Shown here piece by piece: positions 37,675 to 46,679 of a stretch of 55,310 nt of DNA. The notes beneath the pieces are model-generated. The model ran no database searches. It saw only the letters and a program-made list of their open reading frames with translations, and was not told where the DNA came from. Both the position numbers and the translations under genes were made by a program. The number at the start of each line of letters is the position of its first letter. The first letter of the stretch is position 1. The stretch is taken from the IMG/VR virus record IMGVR_UViG_3300023097_000001, positions 1 through 55,310 of that record. The stretch is one strand, 5' to 3'. The stretch comes from a virus (Duplodnaviria > Caudoviricetes).

Positions 37675-39962
37675 TAACGCCTCTCATTCCTTCGGTTTGT
37701 CCTATTTACCATTCGGGTCATGCCGTTCGCGTCTAGCTCAACCGACCAACCCTCAAGTGCGGTAGCAACCTTGTCACCAATCGAACCAAAGCCCTCAGAC
37801 GTTACCGCGGCTTCGATATCCATGGCGGACTGAGTCTGGCCCATGACATCGGAGATAGCAGCCAGAGCCCGTGGGGCTCCCTGTTCCATTCCCTTTGCCC
37901 AGTCTTCCATCAGTGCCCTACCCGAATAGGTGGTGTACCCCGTTCCGGAGAACGGACCAACCTTGGCGGGGGAGAACGGGAAGAAGTCTCGTACGGCCTG
38001 AACCACACTGGCAGCCTTGTCCTTGACCTTTTGGATCATGGACCCGATACCATCAATGAAGCCCTGCACCAGCTTACGACCGGACTCCGATAGAATCCTA
38101 CCCGTATCGCCGAACACACTCAGGATTCGTACTGGGAGTCCGATGAAGAACTCCACAACCAACTTCAGTGCGCCTTCGATAACGCCCAGCAGGATGTCAA
38201 GTGCACCCTTGGCCATGCTCTTGATACCGCTCCAGAATCGATCCCAGTCGCCTGTGATCAGACCAATGAACGTATCAATGACACCGCCGATGTACTCGAT
38301 CACACCACTAATGATGTCCTGGATAGGACCCATTACGGACTTCACGATGTCCAGGAACGACTGGAACGCGGGTAGCGTCTTGTCGATGATCCAGGACACG
38401 ATGTCCATCAAAGGTGGGATGAACTCGATCAGCTTTCCGATCACGTCAATCAGTGGTGGTACCAACTGCTTGACCACATCGATCACCAGTGGGAAGACCT
38501 CGGTGGCAATCTTCATCAGCTCCGGCATCAACTGGATGAGAATGTCGATGAGAGCAGCAAAGATGACCGTTGCGAGTTCGATCAATGGTGGGAGTAGCGG
38601 CATGAGTGCGGCCAGCAAATCAACAACGAACTTGACGAGCTGATCGAAGAACGGCATCAGCAACGTAATCGCCTGAAGCAGAGCCTCACCGATCACCGTA
38701 GCCAACTGCCCGAAGGCAGCCAGCAAAGGTGGCAGGAGAGGCTGTAGTGCGGTCAGCACCTTCAGGAGTACGTCACCGATGACCTGAGCCACGATGGTCA
38801 GCAATGGTGCCAGAGCCGTTAGGGCTCCATCCACCAACTGGAAGAACACTTCAGCCAACTGCGTAAACGCAGGCATCAACGCATCGATGATCGGGACAAG
38901 TGCCTTGAGGGCATTACCCAACAGGTTGAAGATTACCTCGGACAGAATCGTGAGAGCAGGCATCAGGGCTACCAGTGCATCTCCGAAACCCTGGAGCAGG
39001 TTCGAGATAGGCCCACCAAGGATGGTCATGGCCTGGAGGCCAGCACCAAACAGATCGGTGAACACATCAAGCAGGGTACCCGTGACGTCTGCCAAGCCCT
39101 TGATGGCCTTTTCGAAGGTGCCGGAGGCGACCGCCGAATTGATCATCTGTTCGAACGAGTTTGTGAACTCGTTGATGACATTGCCCAGCTCACCAAACAG
39201 CTTGGAACCTTCGCTTGCGAGGGTCAGCAGGATGCGGGTGAACGATTCAATGCCGGGCCTGATCTGTTCGAAGAACTTCCCGGTGTTCGCCAGGAACGTT
39301 TCGATCTGGGTCATACCCTCAGCCGAGGTCACCACGTTGGTGAACCCCTGGGCTACGCTGATAAGACCCTCAGCCACACGGTTCAGTCCCGTTTCCAGGA
39401 CTGGGAAGATCGTATTGAGCTGCTGGAAGACCGGAGTCAATCCCTGTTCAAACGTAGCCGACAGAGACGACTTCAGTCGTTCAATGGATGGTCCGAATAC
39501 TGCGGCTGCCTTGGAGATACCATCCATACCCAAGGCCACGGCCGCGAATGCGGCACCAAGCAGGAATACCAGTGATGGCAATCCGGCCAGCAGTGTTGCG
39601 ATCAGAGCGAGTGCGGGGGCAAGCAGTACGAGTACGGCAATACCGATGAGGGCATACCGACTCATGTTCGAAAAGCCCTGCCCCGCAGAGTTAGCAGAAT
39701 CCCCGATCTTGCTCAGCTTCTTACTGAGATCACCCGAAGAGTCCACGTCGATCTTGACGCTCTTGTCCAGGGCGTCAATCTTCTTCTTCAGAAGTGCAAG
39801 CTGTGCATTCGCACGCTTGGTATCGAAGTCGACCGGGATCTCAATCTTCAGATCCTTCTGGATCTTCTTGAGCTGAGCTAGGAGTTCCTGCTTGAACTTC
39901 GACGTATCCGGGACAACCTTGACGGACACGCGACCAATGGTAGAGCCGCCAGGGCTGCTCAT
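37674..39962 (-). CDS. tape measure protein
   Basis: GRVSVKVVPD N-terminus, amphipathic L/P repeats and FPFSPAK-x-GPFSG. Confidence 0.93.
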   Translation of the reverse strand: MSSPGGSTIGRVSVKVVPDTSKFKQELLAQLKKIQKDLKIEIPVDFDTKRANAQLALLKKKIDALDKSVKIDVDSSGDLSKKLSKIGDSANSAGQGFSNMSRYALIGIAVLVLLAPALALIATLLAGLPSLVFLLGAAFAAVALGMDGISKAAAVFGPSIERLKSSLSATFEQGLTPVFQQLNTIFPVLETGLNRVAEGLISVAQGFTNVVTSAEGMTQIETFLANTGKFFEQIRPGIESFTRILLTLASEGSKLFGELGNVINEFTNSFEQMINSAVASGTFEKAIKGLADVTGTLLDVFTDLFGAGLQAMTILGGPISNLLQGFGDALVALMPALTILSEVIFNLLGNALKALVPIIDALMPAFTQLAEVFFQLVDGALTALAPLLTIVAQVIGDVLLKVLTALQPLLPPLLAAFGQLATVIGEALLQAITLLMPFFDQLVKFVVDLLAALMPLLPPLIELATVIFAALIDILIQLMPELMKIATEVFPLVIDVVKQLVPPLIDVIGKLIEFIPPLMDIVSWIIDKTLPAFQSFLDIVKSVMGPIQDIISGVIEYIGGVIDTFIGLITGDWDRFWSGIKSMAKGALDILLGVIEGALKLVVEFFIGLPVRILSVFGDTGRILSESGRKLVQGFIDGIGSMIQKVKDKAASVVQAVRDFFPFSPAKVGPFSGTGYTTYSGRALMEDWAKGMEQGAPRALAAISDVMGQTQSAMDIEAAVTSEGFGSIGDKVATALEGWSVELDANGMTRMVNRTNRRNERR

Positions 39963-39965
39963 GTA

Positions 39966-40373
39966 CTATCCTCCCTTAGCCTTCTTGGCTGCGGCTAGGC
40001 GCTGTCGGAACGGGTTGTTCTGAGAAGCGCTCTTCTGGACTCGGTTAGGCCTGGGGGTAGGCTTAGGAGCCTTTGGCTTCCTCTTGGAGTTGGCCGCTGC
40101 GGTCACATACGCAACCTGCTGAACCGAGTCGATGAGGGTAGCCAGGAAGTACCTGTCCACGTCCCAGCCAATGAATTGTTCACCACCCCGAAGAGCGGCA
40201 ACGGTCCTAGACGCCAGGGGGAGTTGATTGATGAGAACGAGTATGGTGGACGGACTGTATCCAGACCCGTCCTTCATCAGTTCTACGATGTTGAGACCAT
40301 ACTCTTGCTGGAAGTCTGCAAGGATAGCCTCACCGGCCGTGTCAATTAGGCGGGCGAGGGCGAGGCTTCCCCC
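39966..40373 (-). CDS. tail assembly chaperone, -1 frameshift extension (gpGT)
   Basis: The -1 frame after GGGGGAA reads GSLALARLIDTAGEAILADFQQEYG... into ORF 39966-40277. Confidence 0.85.
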   Translation of the reverse strand, partial: GGSLALARLIDTAGEAILADFQQEYGLNIVELMKDGSGYSPSTILVLINQLPLASRTVAALRGGEQFIGWDVDRYFLATLIDSVQQVAYVTAAANSKRKPKAPKPTPRPNRVQKSASQNNPFRQRLAAAKKAKGG

Positions 40374-40702
40374 GGAGAGGTCACCTCAATCCACTTCTCC
40401 ATGAGAGTCTGTACACGGACCAGGTCGTGGCCCAGCAGCTCTACAAGAGCGTCACCCTTACCGTTGTCGGTTACGGTGGACAGTACCCTCTCCACGATGG
40501 CAAGGATCTTGTCCTCATCCATGTTGGCCTCGGTAACGCCTTCCAGTTCCTTAAGCTCGTTGTTCACGGTCAGTCGCTCGGACTTGTCCAGGCGAAGCAC
40601 CTGGCGGAGAACGAAGGTCTCATCACCGGCTCGGAAGTAGAATGGGGCGTACTTGGTCTCAATCGCGGCGTTCAGGTCATCAAGCGTAAATGCGTTAGTC
40701 AT
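40346..40702 (-). CDS. tail assembly chaperone (gpG)
   Basis: MTNAFTLDDL; slippery GGGGGAA at 40367-40373. Confidence 0.88.
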   Translation of the reverse strand: MTNAFTLDDLNAAIETKYAPFYFRAGDETFVLRQVLRLDKSERLTVNNELKELEGVTEANMDEDKILAIVERVLSTVTDNGKGDALVELLGHDLVRVQTLMEKWIEVTSPGEASPSPA

Positions 40703-40734
40703 GGCGAACCCTTCAAGTTGGTGGTGGACCCAGA

Positions 40735-40780
40735 GAAAAAAGGGGAGCACGGCGGGTCCGCCAGGAACCGTGCTCCCCCT
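40735..40780 (-). terminator. intrinsic terminator after the major tail gene
   Basis: GGGGAGCACGG...CCGTGCTCCCC followed by TTTTTT on the - strand. Confidence 0.8.
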
Positions 40781-40787
40781 AACCTAA

Positions 40788-41366
40788 TTACGAGTGGTTA
40801 ACCCCGGTGTCGGTGGACACCCATGCCAGCAGCGGATCGGTCGAGTTCTTGAGGAACGTCGCACGAAGTGGCATGTAAGCAAACTCGTCGATAGCCAGCT
40901 CCATCGCATCTTCACGACGAATCGCTACCTTTGGAGCCCACATTGCGATGTTGGTCGTACCATCGATGATCACGATCAGAATGGCACTCTCGGTAGGCGT
41001 AAGCGGGGCAGACTGCACCTCGAACACACCCTCGGTAGAACCACCACTCGCAACCGAGTAGTACAGGCCAAGAACCGTCTCATCGAACTGGTGGGCGTTG
41101 AAGGTCACGTAGTCCGAGGATACCTCGGTAACAACCTCACGGAGAGCCGCGTTCTGCCACGTGCCCTTTACTTCCGTGTCACCACCATCAAAGCCGAATA
41201 CCGGGAGTTCGTCCCGAGCCGTGTGGCCCAGCGAAACCCACGGGGAAAGCCCGGTGGCGGGATCGAACGAGTCGATAGCACCAGGCGTTGGTCGGGCCGT
41301 ACCGACAGGGGCGAGTAGAATGTACCCCCTTGCCGGTGTAATTACGGCGACATCATTTTCTGCCAT
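40788..41366 (-). CDS. major tail protein
   Basis: LGHT-x5-P-x-FGFDGGD-x-EVKGTWQ, cluster A-like. Confidence 0.9.
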   Translation of the reverse strand: MAENDVAVITPARGYILLAPVGTARPTPGAIDSFDPATGLSPWVSLGHTARDELPVFGFDGGDTEVKGTWQNAALREVVTEVSSDYVTFNAHQFDETVLGLYYSVASGGSTEGVFEVQSAPLTPTESAILIVIIDGTTNIAMWAPKVAIRREDAMELAIDEFAYMPLRATFLKNSTDPLLAWVSTDTGVNHS

Positions 41367-41378
41367 TCTGGCATACTC

Positions 41379-41798
41379 CTAATCTTCTCGTGCGGGACGG
41401 AGTCCCAACTGAATAAGGCCCTGAATACGCCAGGTGTCGTCGTAAGGGCTGTCGAACTGGGAAGGTCCAAACGTCTCGAAGTACGAATGGATGTAACCAG
41501 CAGTTGTCGTGGTCTGATTGAGCCACGCCTCATAGAGGACTTCACGGGCCTGGAGATACAGATCTTCTGTCTCCACCAAACCCACGTCCGAATACGCGGT
41601 CAGTTCGATAACGGGCTTGTCAAGCCTCTGGGGATCTACTGGGAGACCACCAAGACGGCGCACGTTGATGACAGGCCACTCACGGCCATGGTCAACGTCT
41701 GCCATCCAGGAACCGATCGTCACGGACGGGTCTAGCCTTGCCCGGAGAAGAGGCAGAACAACTGCCTGAACACGGGGCATCTTTGGCGTTACCGCCAT
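41379..41798 (-). CDS. tail terminator
   Basis: MPRVQ-x-VVLP-x-LR and WRIQGLIQLGLRP. Confidence 0.8.
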   Translation of the reverse strand: MAVTPKMPRVQAVVLPLLRARLDPSVTIGSWMADVDHGREWPVINVRRLGGLPVDPQRLDKPVIELTAYSDVGLVETEDLYLQAREVLYEAWLNQTTTTAGYIHSYFETFGPSQFDSPYDDTWRIQGLIQLGLRPARED

Positions 41799-41808
41799 GT
41801 TCCACCTC

Positions 41809-42117
41809 CTACAGAAGCCTGGACAGGATGTACAGCCCATGCACGTACCCGCCACCACGGTGATTGCGGTGACCAAACTCAACACTCATAGGGGCCGACC
41901 CAACCAAGGAGATCTCGTAATCCAGAAAGCCGTATTTCACGGACATGTTCTTCTTGATCTCGATCTTGTGATCACCTGTGTTGTAATGCCCTGCCAAGGC
42001 GCTATGCGCAATTCGACCCAGCCGATTGGCATGGGACTTCACAGCCCGAAGGACTTCGGGCTGCTGCGAGATCACCTTGTTCATCGCCCTTTGGCCGATC
42101 AGCCTCAAGGTGGGCAT
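41809..42117 (-). CDS. HK97 gp10-like neck protein
   Basis: SVEFGH and GLYIL; synteny. Confidence 0.7.
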   Translation of the reverse strand: MPTLRLIGQRAMNKVISQQPEVLRAVKSHANRLGRIAHSALAGHYNTGDHKIEIKKNMSVKYGFLDYEISLVGSAPMSVEFGHRNHRGGGYVHGLYILSRLL

Positions 42118-42470
42118 TAGTTGCGCCTGATGATGTAGTCTGTATGAGCCGTGTTGTTGGAGCCGTTGTACCTACGAGGCTTACCAATCACAGACCATCG
42201 CACGCCTAGCCACTCAACTTGGGCCTGAGCCCCCAGGTCTTCTGTCCAGGAGCGAGGTAGCCTGAGACGATATACCTGTTCGGATTCGAAACCTTCGTTG
42301 TCCTGTTCGGCACGCCTTGCGGACGTGCCGGACTGCGCGGCTAGCTGCACTGCGGCGATGGTCGAAACCCCGGTCGGTCCTGCCCGCGTAATGGTGTTGC
42401 CATCTGCGTCCGTGGTTTCGATCTCTTGAAAGATGATTACGGTCTCTCGACCCGTGTCTAGTAGGCTCAC
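42117..42470 (-). CDS. head-to-tail stopper
   Basis: SLLD, DADGN, SARRAEQDNEG and GAQAQVEW. Confidence 0.8.
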   Translation of the reverse strand: MSLLDTGRETVIIFQEIETTDADGNTITRAGPTGVSTIAAVQLAAQSGTSARRAEQDNEGFESEQVYRLRLPRSWTEDLGAQAQVEWLGVRWSVIGKPRRYNGSNNTAHTDYIIRRN

Positions 42471-42889
42471 GTGGGCCAGCTCCCAATGTCTTCCCATGGA
42501 TATGGGGGATAACAGCGTCCTGGATAAGGACCGATGTAGGGGCGGATGACATAAGCCCCCGCACGAACTCCGAGAAGAGCCCATTCGGATGCCAGAATAT
42601 CGATCCGCCCAGACGCGACCTTGACGCTGATCTGGTAGGAGTAGTTTCCGTCTGTTTCAGCGGTATAACCCTCCGGGTTTCGGATGAGACGCAGAATCGC
42701 TTCTGCCTCAACCATGATGACTACTTCGACATCCAGACTTCCGTCTGCCACACGGGCATCCAGATCTGGAATACGGCTTCGGATGAGGAGTTCCACGTCG
42801 TTGAGACGGGTCTGAACTACCGTGGTCTCCCCGGCTTCCAGTGGCCTACCGAGCCTGTCTACTACGTCTTGAACACTCGCGTATGCCAC
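42467..42889 (-). CDS. head-to-tail adaptor
   Basis: MAYAS-x2-DV and RNPEGY-x2-ETDGNYSY. Confidence 0.85.
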   Translation of the reverse strand: MAYASVQDVVDRLGRPLEAGETTVVQTRLNDVELLIRSRIPDLDARVADGSLDVEVVIMVEAEAILRLIRNPEGYTAETDGNYSYQISVKVASGRIDILASEWALLGVRAGAYVIRPYIGPYPGRCYPPYPWEDIGSWPT

Positions 42890-42898
42890 TGGGGCTCC

Positions 42899-43120
42899 TT
42901 AGAACGTGGTTGGCTTCAGCACGGAACGGATCAGCGCCATGAAACCGGTCTGGAGGTCGGTACGCGCGATGGCTGCCCAACGCTTGTCGGTCGCCTCACG
43001 GGCGAATACCTGGTCTACCTTCTCACCAACCTGAATCGCTAGTTCCTTCAGTTCGTTGGTCAGATCGATCTCGTCCGGGGACAGATCGCGGTATCCAGTG
43101 ATCGGGGCACTCTTAGTCAT
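42899..43120 (-). CDS. acb2: Acb2-like anti-CBASS cyclic-nucleotide sponge
   Basis: I-x-GYRDLS-x2-EIDL-x-N-x2-KE and RW-x-AIA-x-TDLQTGFMALIRSV-x2-P-x2-F match the Acb2/Vs.4 pattern as I recall it. Confidence 0.85.
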   Translation of the reverse strand: MTKSAPITGYRDLSPDEIDLTNELKELAIQVGEKVDQVFAREATDKRWAAIARTDLQTGFMALIRSVLKPTTF

Positions 43121-43295
43121 TGACAACCTTCTTGGGTCGGCCCGGCTTGCGCTTGGCAACAACGGGCTCTGAGACGTCTTCTACGGGCATGGGCTCGTCG
43201 GGGACACGCTTCCACCCGAAGTAGGAGGAAAGTCGCTCAGCAGACCTCTCAGAGGCCTCTACGACGATCCCAGCATCAGTCTTCATCAGTACCAT
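43113..43295 (-). CDS. small head-module protein with basic tail
   Basis: KRKPGRPKK tail; overlaps both neighbours. Confidence 0.6.
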   Translation of the reverse strand: MVLMKTDAGIVVEASERSAERLSSYFGWKRVPDEPMPVEDVSEPVVAKRKPGRPKKVVND

Positions 43296-44250
43296 GGACC
43301 AGCCTTTCAAGTTCGGAGACCCACTTGACCATTTCTGGCTTGGGGTCTAGTTCTGCCGACCTCTTACGGGCTAGCACTGAAGCTGCTTCCCACTCCTTGG
43401 GGTTGAGGAGACGTCGGATCTCGGATTCGTATGTGTCGATGTCGGCTCGGTCCACGAAGAGACCGAACACACCCTGGGACTCCTTGAGTCCTGGGGTTGG
43501 ATGCGCGATGACAGGGATGCCGGAAGCCAGAGCTTCAACACCTGCCATGCCATAAGATTCGTATTCCGATGGCATCAAGAGGATGCGGGTCTTGGCCCAC
43601 ACGTTGTTCTTCATGTCGTCGGACTGCTTGACGAACTCCACGTTCGTCAGATCCTCAGGGGGCATGATCTGAGTCCCGTGAGCACCTTCTACAGCCAAGA
43701 ACTCCACGTCCGGCATACGCCGGGCGAGTTGGTACAGAATCCCGGAGCCCTTGAATTCATTGAGGTTCACCAAGGTGACCTTGTTTCCTGGGGATGTCCG
43801 GTGTTGCTCTGCGAATACGGGTGGGTGGATGATGGTGTACTTCATCCCCGGCCGCTTCAGCTTCGCCATAAGCCATTCCGTGTTGAAAACAACGAAATCC
43901 GGATCGAGATCCAGGGTTCGGTGAATACCGGACAGGTCATTATGGGCGATGAACACGAACGGAATCTGTAGCTTGGCCGAAATCTGCTTGGCCCGCACCA
44001 CATTGTCATGGTGGGACAAGATCACGTCAGGCTTCCACAAGAGCATGTCCTGCCTGGCGTAAATCACATTGGTGGCGATGACTTCCACGCCCTCGTACTC
44101 ATAGTGAGGAGGGGCTTCGGGCAACACCGTTGCGTAGACGCGAACTTCGTGCCCCGCACTGATGAGTTCCTTCACCATTGCGTGAAGCATCGTTTCCGAG
44201 CCCGCGCAGCGGAAAGGAACGTAGAAATGAACAAATACTGCGACCTTCAT
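43276..44250 (-). CDS. glycosyltransferase, GT-B fold (GT4)
   Basis: GSE, VFN-x2-W, KG, LLMPS-x-YESYGM-x3-EALASGIPVI and GLKE. Confidence 0.9.
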   Translation of the reverse strand: MKVAVFVHFYVPFRCAGSETMLHAMVKELISAGHEVRVYATVLPEAPPHYEYEGVEVIATNVIYARQDMLLWKPDVILSHHDNVVRAKQISAKLQIPFVFIAHNDLSGIHRTLDLDPDFVVFNTEWLMAKLKRPGMKYTIIHPPVFAEQHRTSPGNKVTLVNLNEFKGSGILYQLARRMPDVEFLAVEGAHGTQIMPPEDLTNVEFVKQSDDMKNNVWAKTRILLMPSEYESYGMAGVEALASGIPVIAHPTPGLKESQGVFGLFVDRADIDTYESEIRRLLNPKEWEAASVLARKRSAELDPKPEMVKWVSELERLVHGTDED

Positions 44251-44334
44251 TGGCGGACTCCTTGGAGTGGGACACGGGCTGACGTGCCATATCATTTAAT
44301 CCGTCTGCCTGTGACGGAACCCGTGTCCTACGTA

Positions 44335-45333
44335 TTAGCTACCCGATGGGTTCGTGAACTTCACGAAGCCGTCCAGGTTACCCACGATCCAACCGAAGGT
44401 TACCTCGATCAGAAGGGCAATCTGGTTGGTCTGCCACATGGAGATGCTGTTAACACCATCCGTGAGCGTGGCCGTGTCCGAGATCTTGATACGGACCTCG
44501 TCAGCGAAACCCCAACGGAGCTGGGAGAAGTCGCCGCCGATGATCTGGGTCGTCGTAGCCGTAGCCGCGCCCAGGTCACCCTTTACAGCCTTACCGTACT
44601 CCGCAGGGAAGCCGAGAATGTTACCTCGGGTCGCCGTGAAGTTGATCCCAGCCGGATTGACCAGGTTGCCGTTGGCGTCGCGCTCGGCACCCTCACGAAT
44701 GAGGCGCGCACGGAAGCGAGAGTCAACCGCCCAACCATCGAAGTCGGTCTCAGGGTCAATCATCTCGTAGCCCGCGATCAGCTCGTCGTAGAGATTGCCT
44801 GGGCCTGGAACGGTGTCCAGGTTGACCACGTTGGTGGTGTTGTTCAGCACGTTGGTGGACGTGATACCCGCGAGGGCACCACCCGTCAGAGGCTGCTTAC
44901 CGTGGAAGACCGCGAGGTCGATACCACGACCGATTGCCAGAGCCATGTCGGACTGGATCTTGCTGTAGAAACCCTGTGGGTTCGTACGAGCAAACTCCTC
45001 AGACACGGTGACAATCGTGGCCAGCTTGATTGGGCTGAACGACTGCGTGTCCCACTGGACACCCGACAGTGGCTTCAAACCACCTTCACGCTGAGCGTTC
45101 GAAGTACCAGTACCTACCTGGCCAACCTCGGGACGCTTCGTCTGAACCGGGATAACGGTCTCACCGTACGAGACGGGGATACGCTCACCCAGACGCAGGA
45201 CAAGAGAGGTCTCCTGAGCCTGCTCGAAAATAGCGCCTACGATCTCCGGAGGCAGGAGGTCGTCTGGTACATACGCCAGACGGCCCTGGTGCCGATCGGT
45301 GGTATTCGGCGCGAGTTCGTTGATCATTGCCAT
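44335..45333 (-). CDS. major capsid protein (HK97 fold)
   Basis: PIKLATIVTVSEEF, GIDLAVFHG, GGDFSQL and WQTNQIALLIEVTFGW. Confidence 0.95.
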   Translation of the reverse strand: MAMINELAPNTTDRHQGRLAYVPDDLLPPEIVGAIFEQAQETSLVLRLGERIPVSYGETVIPVQTKRPEVGQVGTGTSNAQREGGLKPLSGVQWDTQSFSPIKLATIVTVSEEFARTNPQGFYSKIQSDMALAIGRGIDLAVFHGKQPLTGGALAGITSTNVLNNTTNVVNLDTVPGPGNLYDELIAGYEMIDPETDFDGWAVDSRFRARLIREGAERDANGNLVNPAGINFTATRGNILGFPAEYGKAVKGDLGAATATTTQIIGGDFSQLRWGFADEVRIKISDTATLTDGVNSISMWQTNQIALLIEVTFGWIVGNLDGFVKFTNPSGS

Positions 45334-45344
45334 TGTGGCATTCC

Positions 45345-45839
45345 TTACTTCTTGAGGTTGCTTTGGACCATGTCAGCAAACAGCTCGGCAGGGGTCTTCA
45401 CGCCACTTGCGTTGCCACCCGCACCCTGGGACTTGTCGGTTGCACGCTGCCTTCCGGCAGGAGTGCCAAACATCGACTTGAGCTGGTCGGCATGGGCCTT
45501 CAGCTCGTCCTCGGTGTTGCCCTTGAGCAAATCTGCAAATACCACGGCCTGTTCACCTGGAACTTCAGCCGCAATGGCTACCTTGAGCTTGGTGAGCCCA
45601 ATGTTTGCCTTGTCACGCTCTTCCGAAATGGAAGTCTTCTCGGAAGCTAGAGCCCGTAGCTGGTCATCGTAGGCCTTCTTGGTCTCAGCCTTTGCCTCTT
45701 CAGCAGCGGTCTGAGCCTTCAGGCGGTACTTGGCCGCTTCGGCGTTAGCATCGGAAATAGCCCGACGAGCCCAATCCGGTAGCGCATCAGTGTTCTGCGT
45801 GCCGGTGGTGTTCGTGGCGGACTGGTTGTCGTCGGACAT
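45345..45839 (-). CDS. scaffolding protein
   Basis: LPDWAR-x7-EAAKYR, coiled coil and SQG-x-GG. Confidence 0.85.
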   Translation of the reverse strand: MSDDNQSATNTTGTQNTDALPDWARRAISDANAEAAKYRLKAQTAAEEAKAETKKAYDDQLRALASEKTSISEERDKANIGLTKLKVAIAAEVPGEQAVVFADLLKGNTEDELKAHADQLKSMFGTPAGRQRATDKSQGAGGNASGVKTPAELFADMVQSNLKK

Positions 45840-45884
45840 TGAATGCCTCCTGGGCATGTAAAGGAAGATCAGCACCGGGCTGAC

Positions 45885-46679
45885 CTATTTGACTACTGCA
45901 AACTCTTGTGGGTCTACGTGGTGATCCTCGATAGCCCGGCGGAACGCGTTGAGAGCATCCCGCCCGGAGAGGCCCTTCGTGACTTGCTTCCACGTTTCCT
46001 GTGCGGCTAGGTAATCGTCTCGTCCTTGCCAGTCATTCCTGTCAAAGACTGGAACTACCTTGCAGTCACAGTTGGGGTGGAACCTTGTCATCAGCTCGTT
46101 GAACGCTTCCGTGTCATTCTCATCCAGAATCTCCAGGGCGGTTGTGTCGTCCGCGTTTAGACCAGCCGACTCTGCGGACTGGTAGACCGGACCTCGTGAC
46201 ACAAGCATCAAGCAGAAGCCACAGGTTTCGCGCCCGGTAGCTACCCGAGCCCAACCCACTGCGGAGCTGTCACGGTCGACAGCATTACGGATGGTCCTGC
46301 GACCACCGTTCTCCACTTCCTTGATCGCCCTGAAACCTGCCTGGATAGCCTGACCCGTGCTGGTATCAATGAGCTGAAACGACTTCTTGGCCGGAAGCAT
46401 CGCTTCGTAGAACCAGTCGTATTCGTATGGTGGAAGGTCAATGTCGAATCGGTCGTCCTCATCGACATGCTTCACACGCTGGGTGTCGTAGTACTCCCTC
46501 GCCAGCTTGGCGCTTTCCGAGCGTGCCTCATAGACAAGCGGGAAAATGCTCCGGATGATATCCCCCCACACCTGCGAAGTGAGGGGGATCGCCAGAAACG
46601 GGAGTAGTACCTGCAAGACGACCCGCATTACACGGGCCGAAATGCTACGTTGCCTTCTGTGAAGTTCCGTTAGCAGCAT
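45885..46679 (-). CDS. capsid maturation protease / MuF-like protein
   Basis: GWARVATGRETC-x-FC-x-ML-x-SRGPVY and FHPNCDC-x-VVPVF. Confidence 0.85.
   Translation of the reverse strand: MLLTELHRRQRSISARVMRVVLQVLLPFLAIPLTSQVWGDIIRSIFPLVYEARSESAKLAREYYDTQRVKHVDEDDRFDIDLPPYEYDWFYEAMLPAKKSFQLIDTSTGQAIQAGFRAIKEVENGGRRTIRNAVDRDSSAVGWARVATGRETCGFCLMLVSRGPVYQSAESAGLNADDTTALEILDENDTEAFNELMTRFHPNCDCKVVPVFDRNDWQGRDDYLAAQETWKQVTKGLSGRDALNAFRRAIEDHHVDPQEFAVVK

Noticed and set aside
40367-40373. Programmed -1 frameshift as a novelty
   Set aside because: It is real but a well-known feature of tail assembly chaperones, so it is listed under features.
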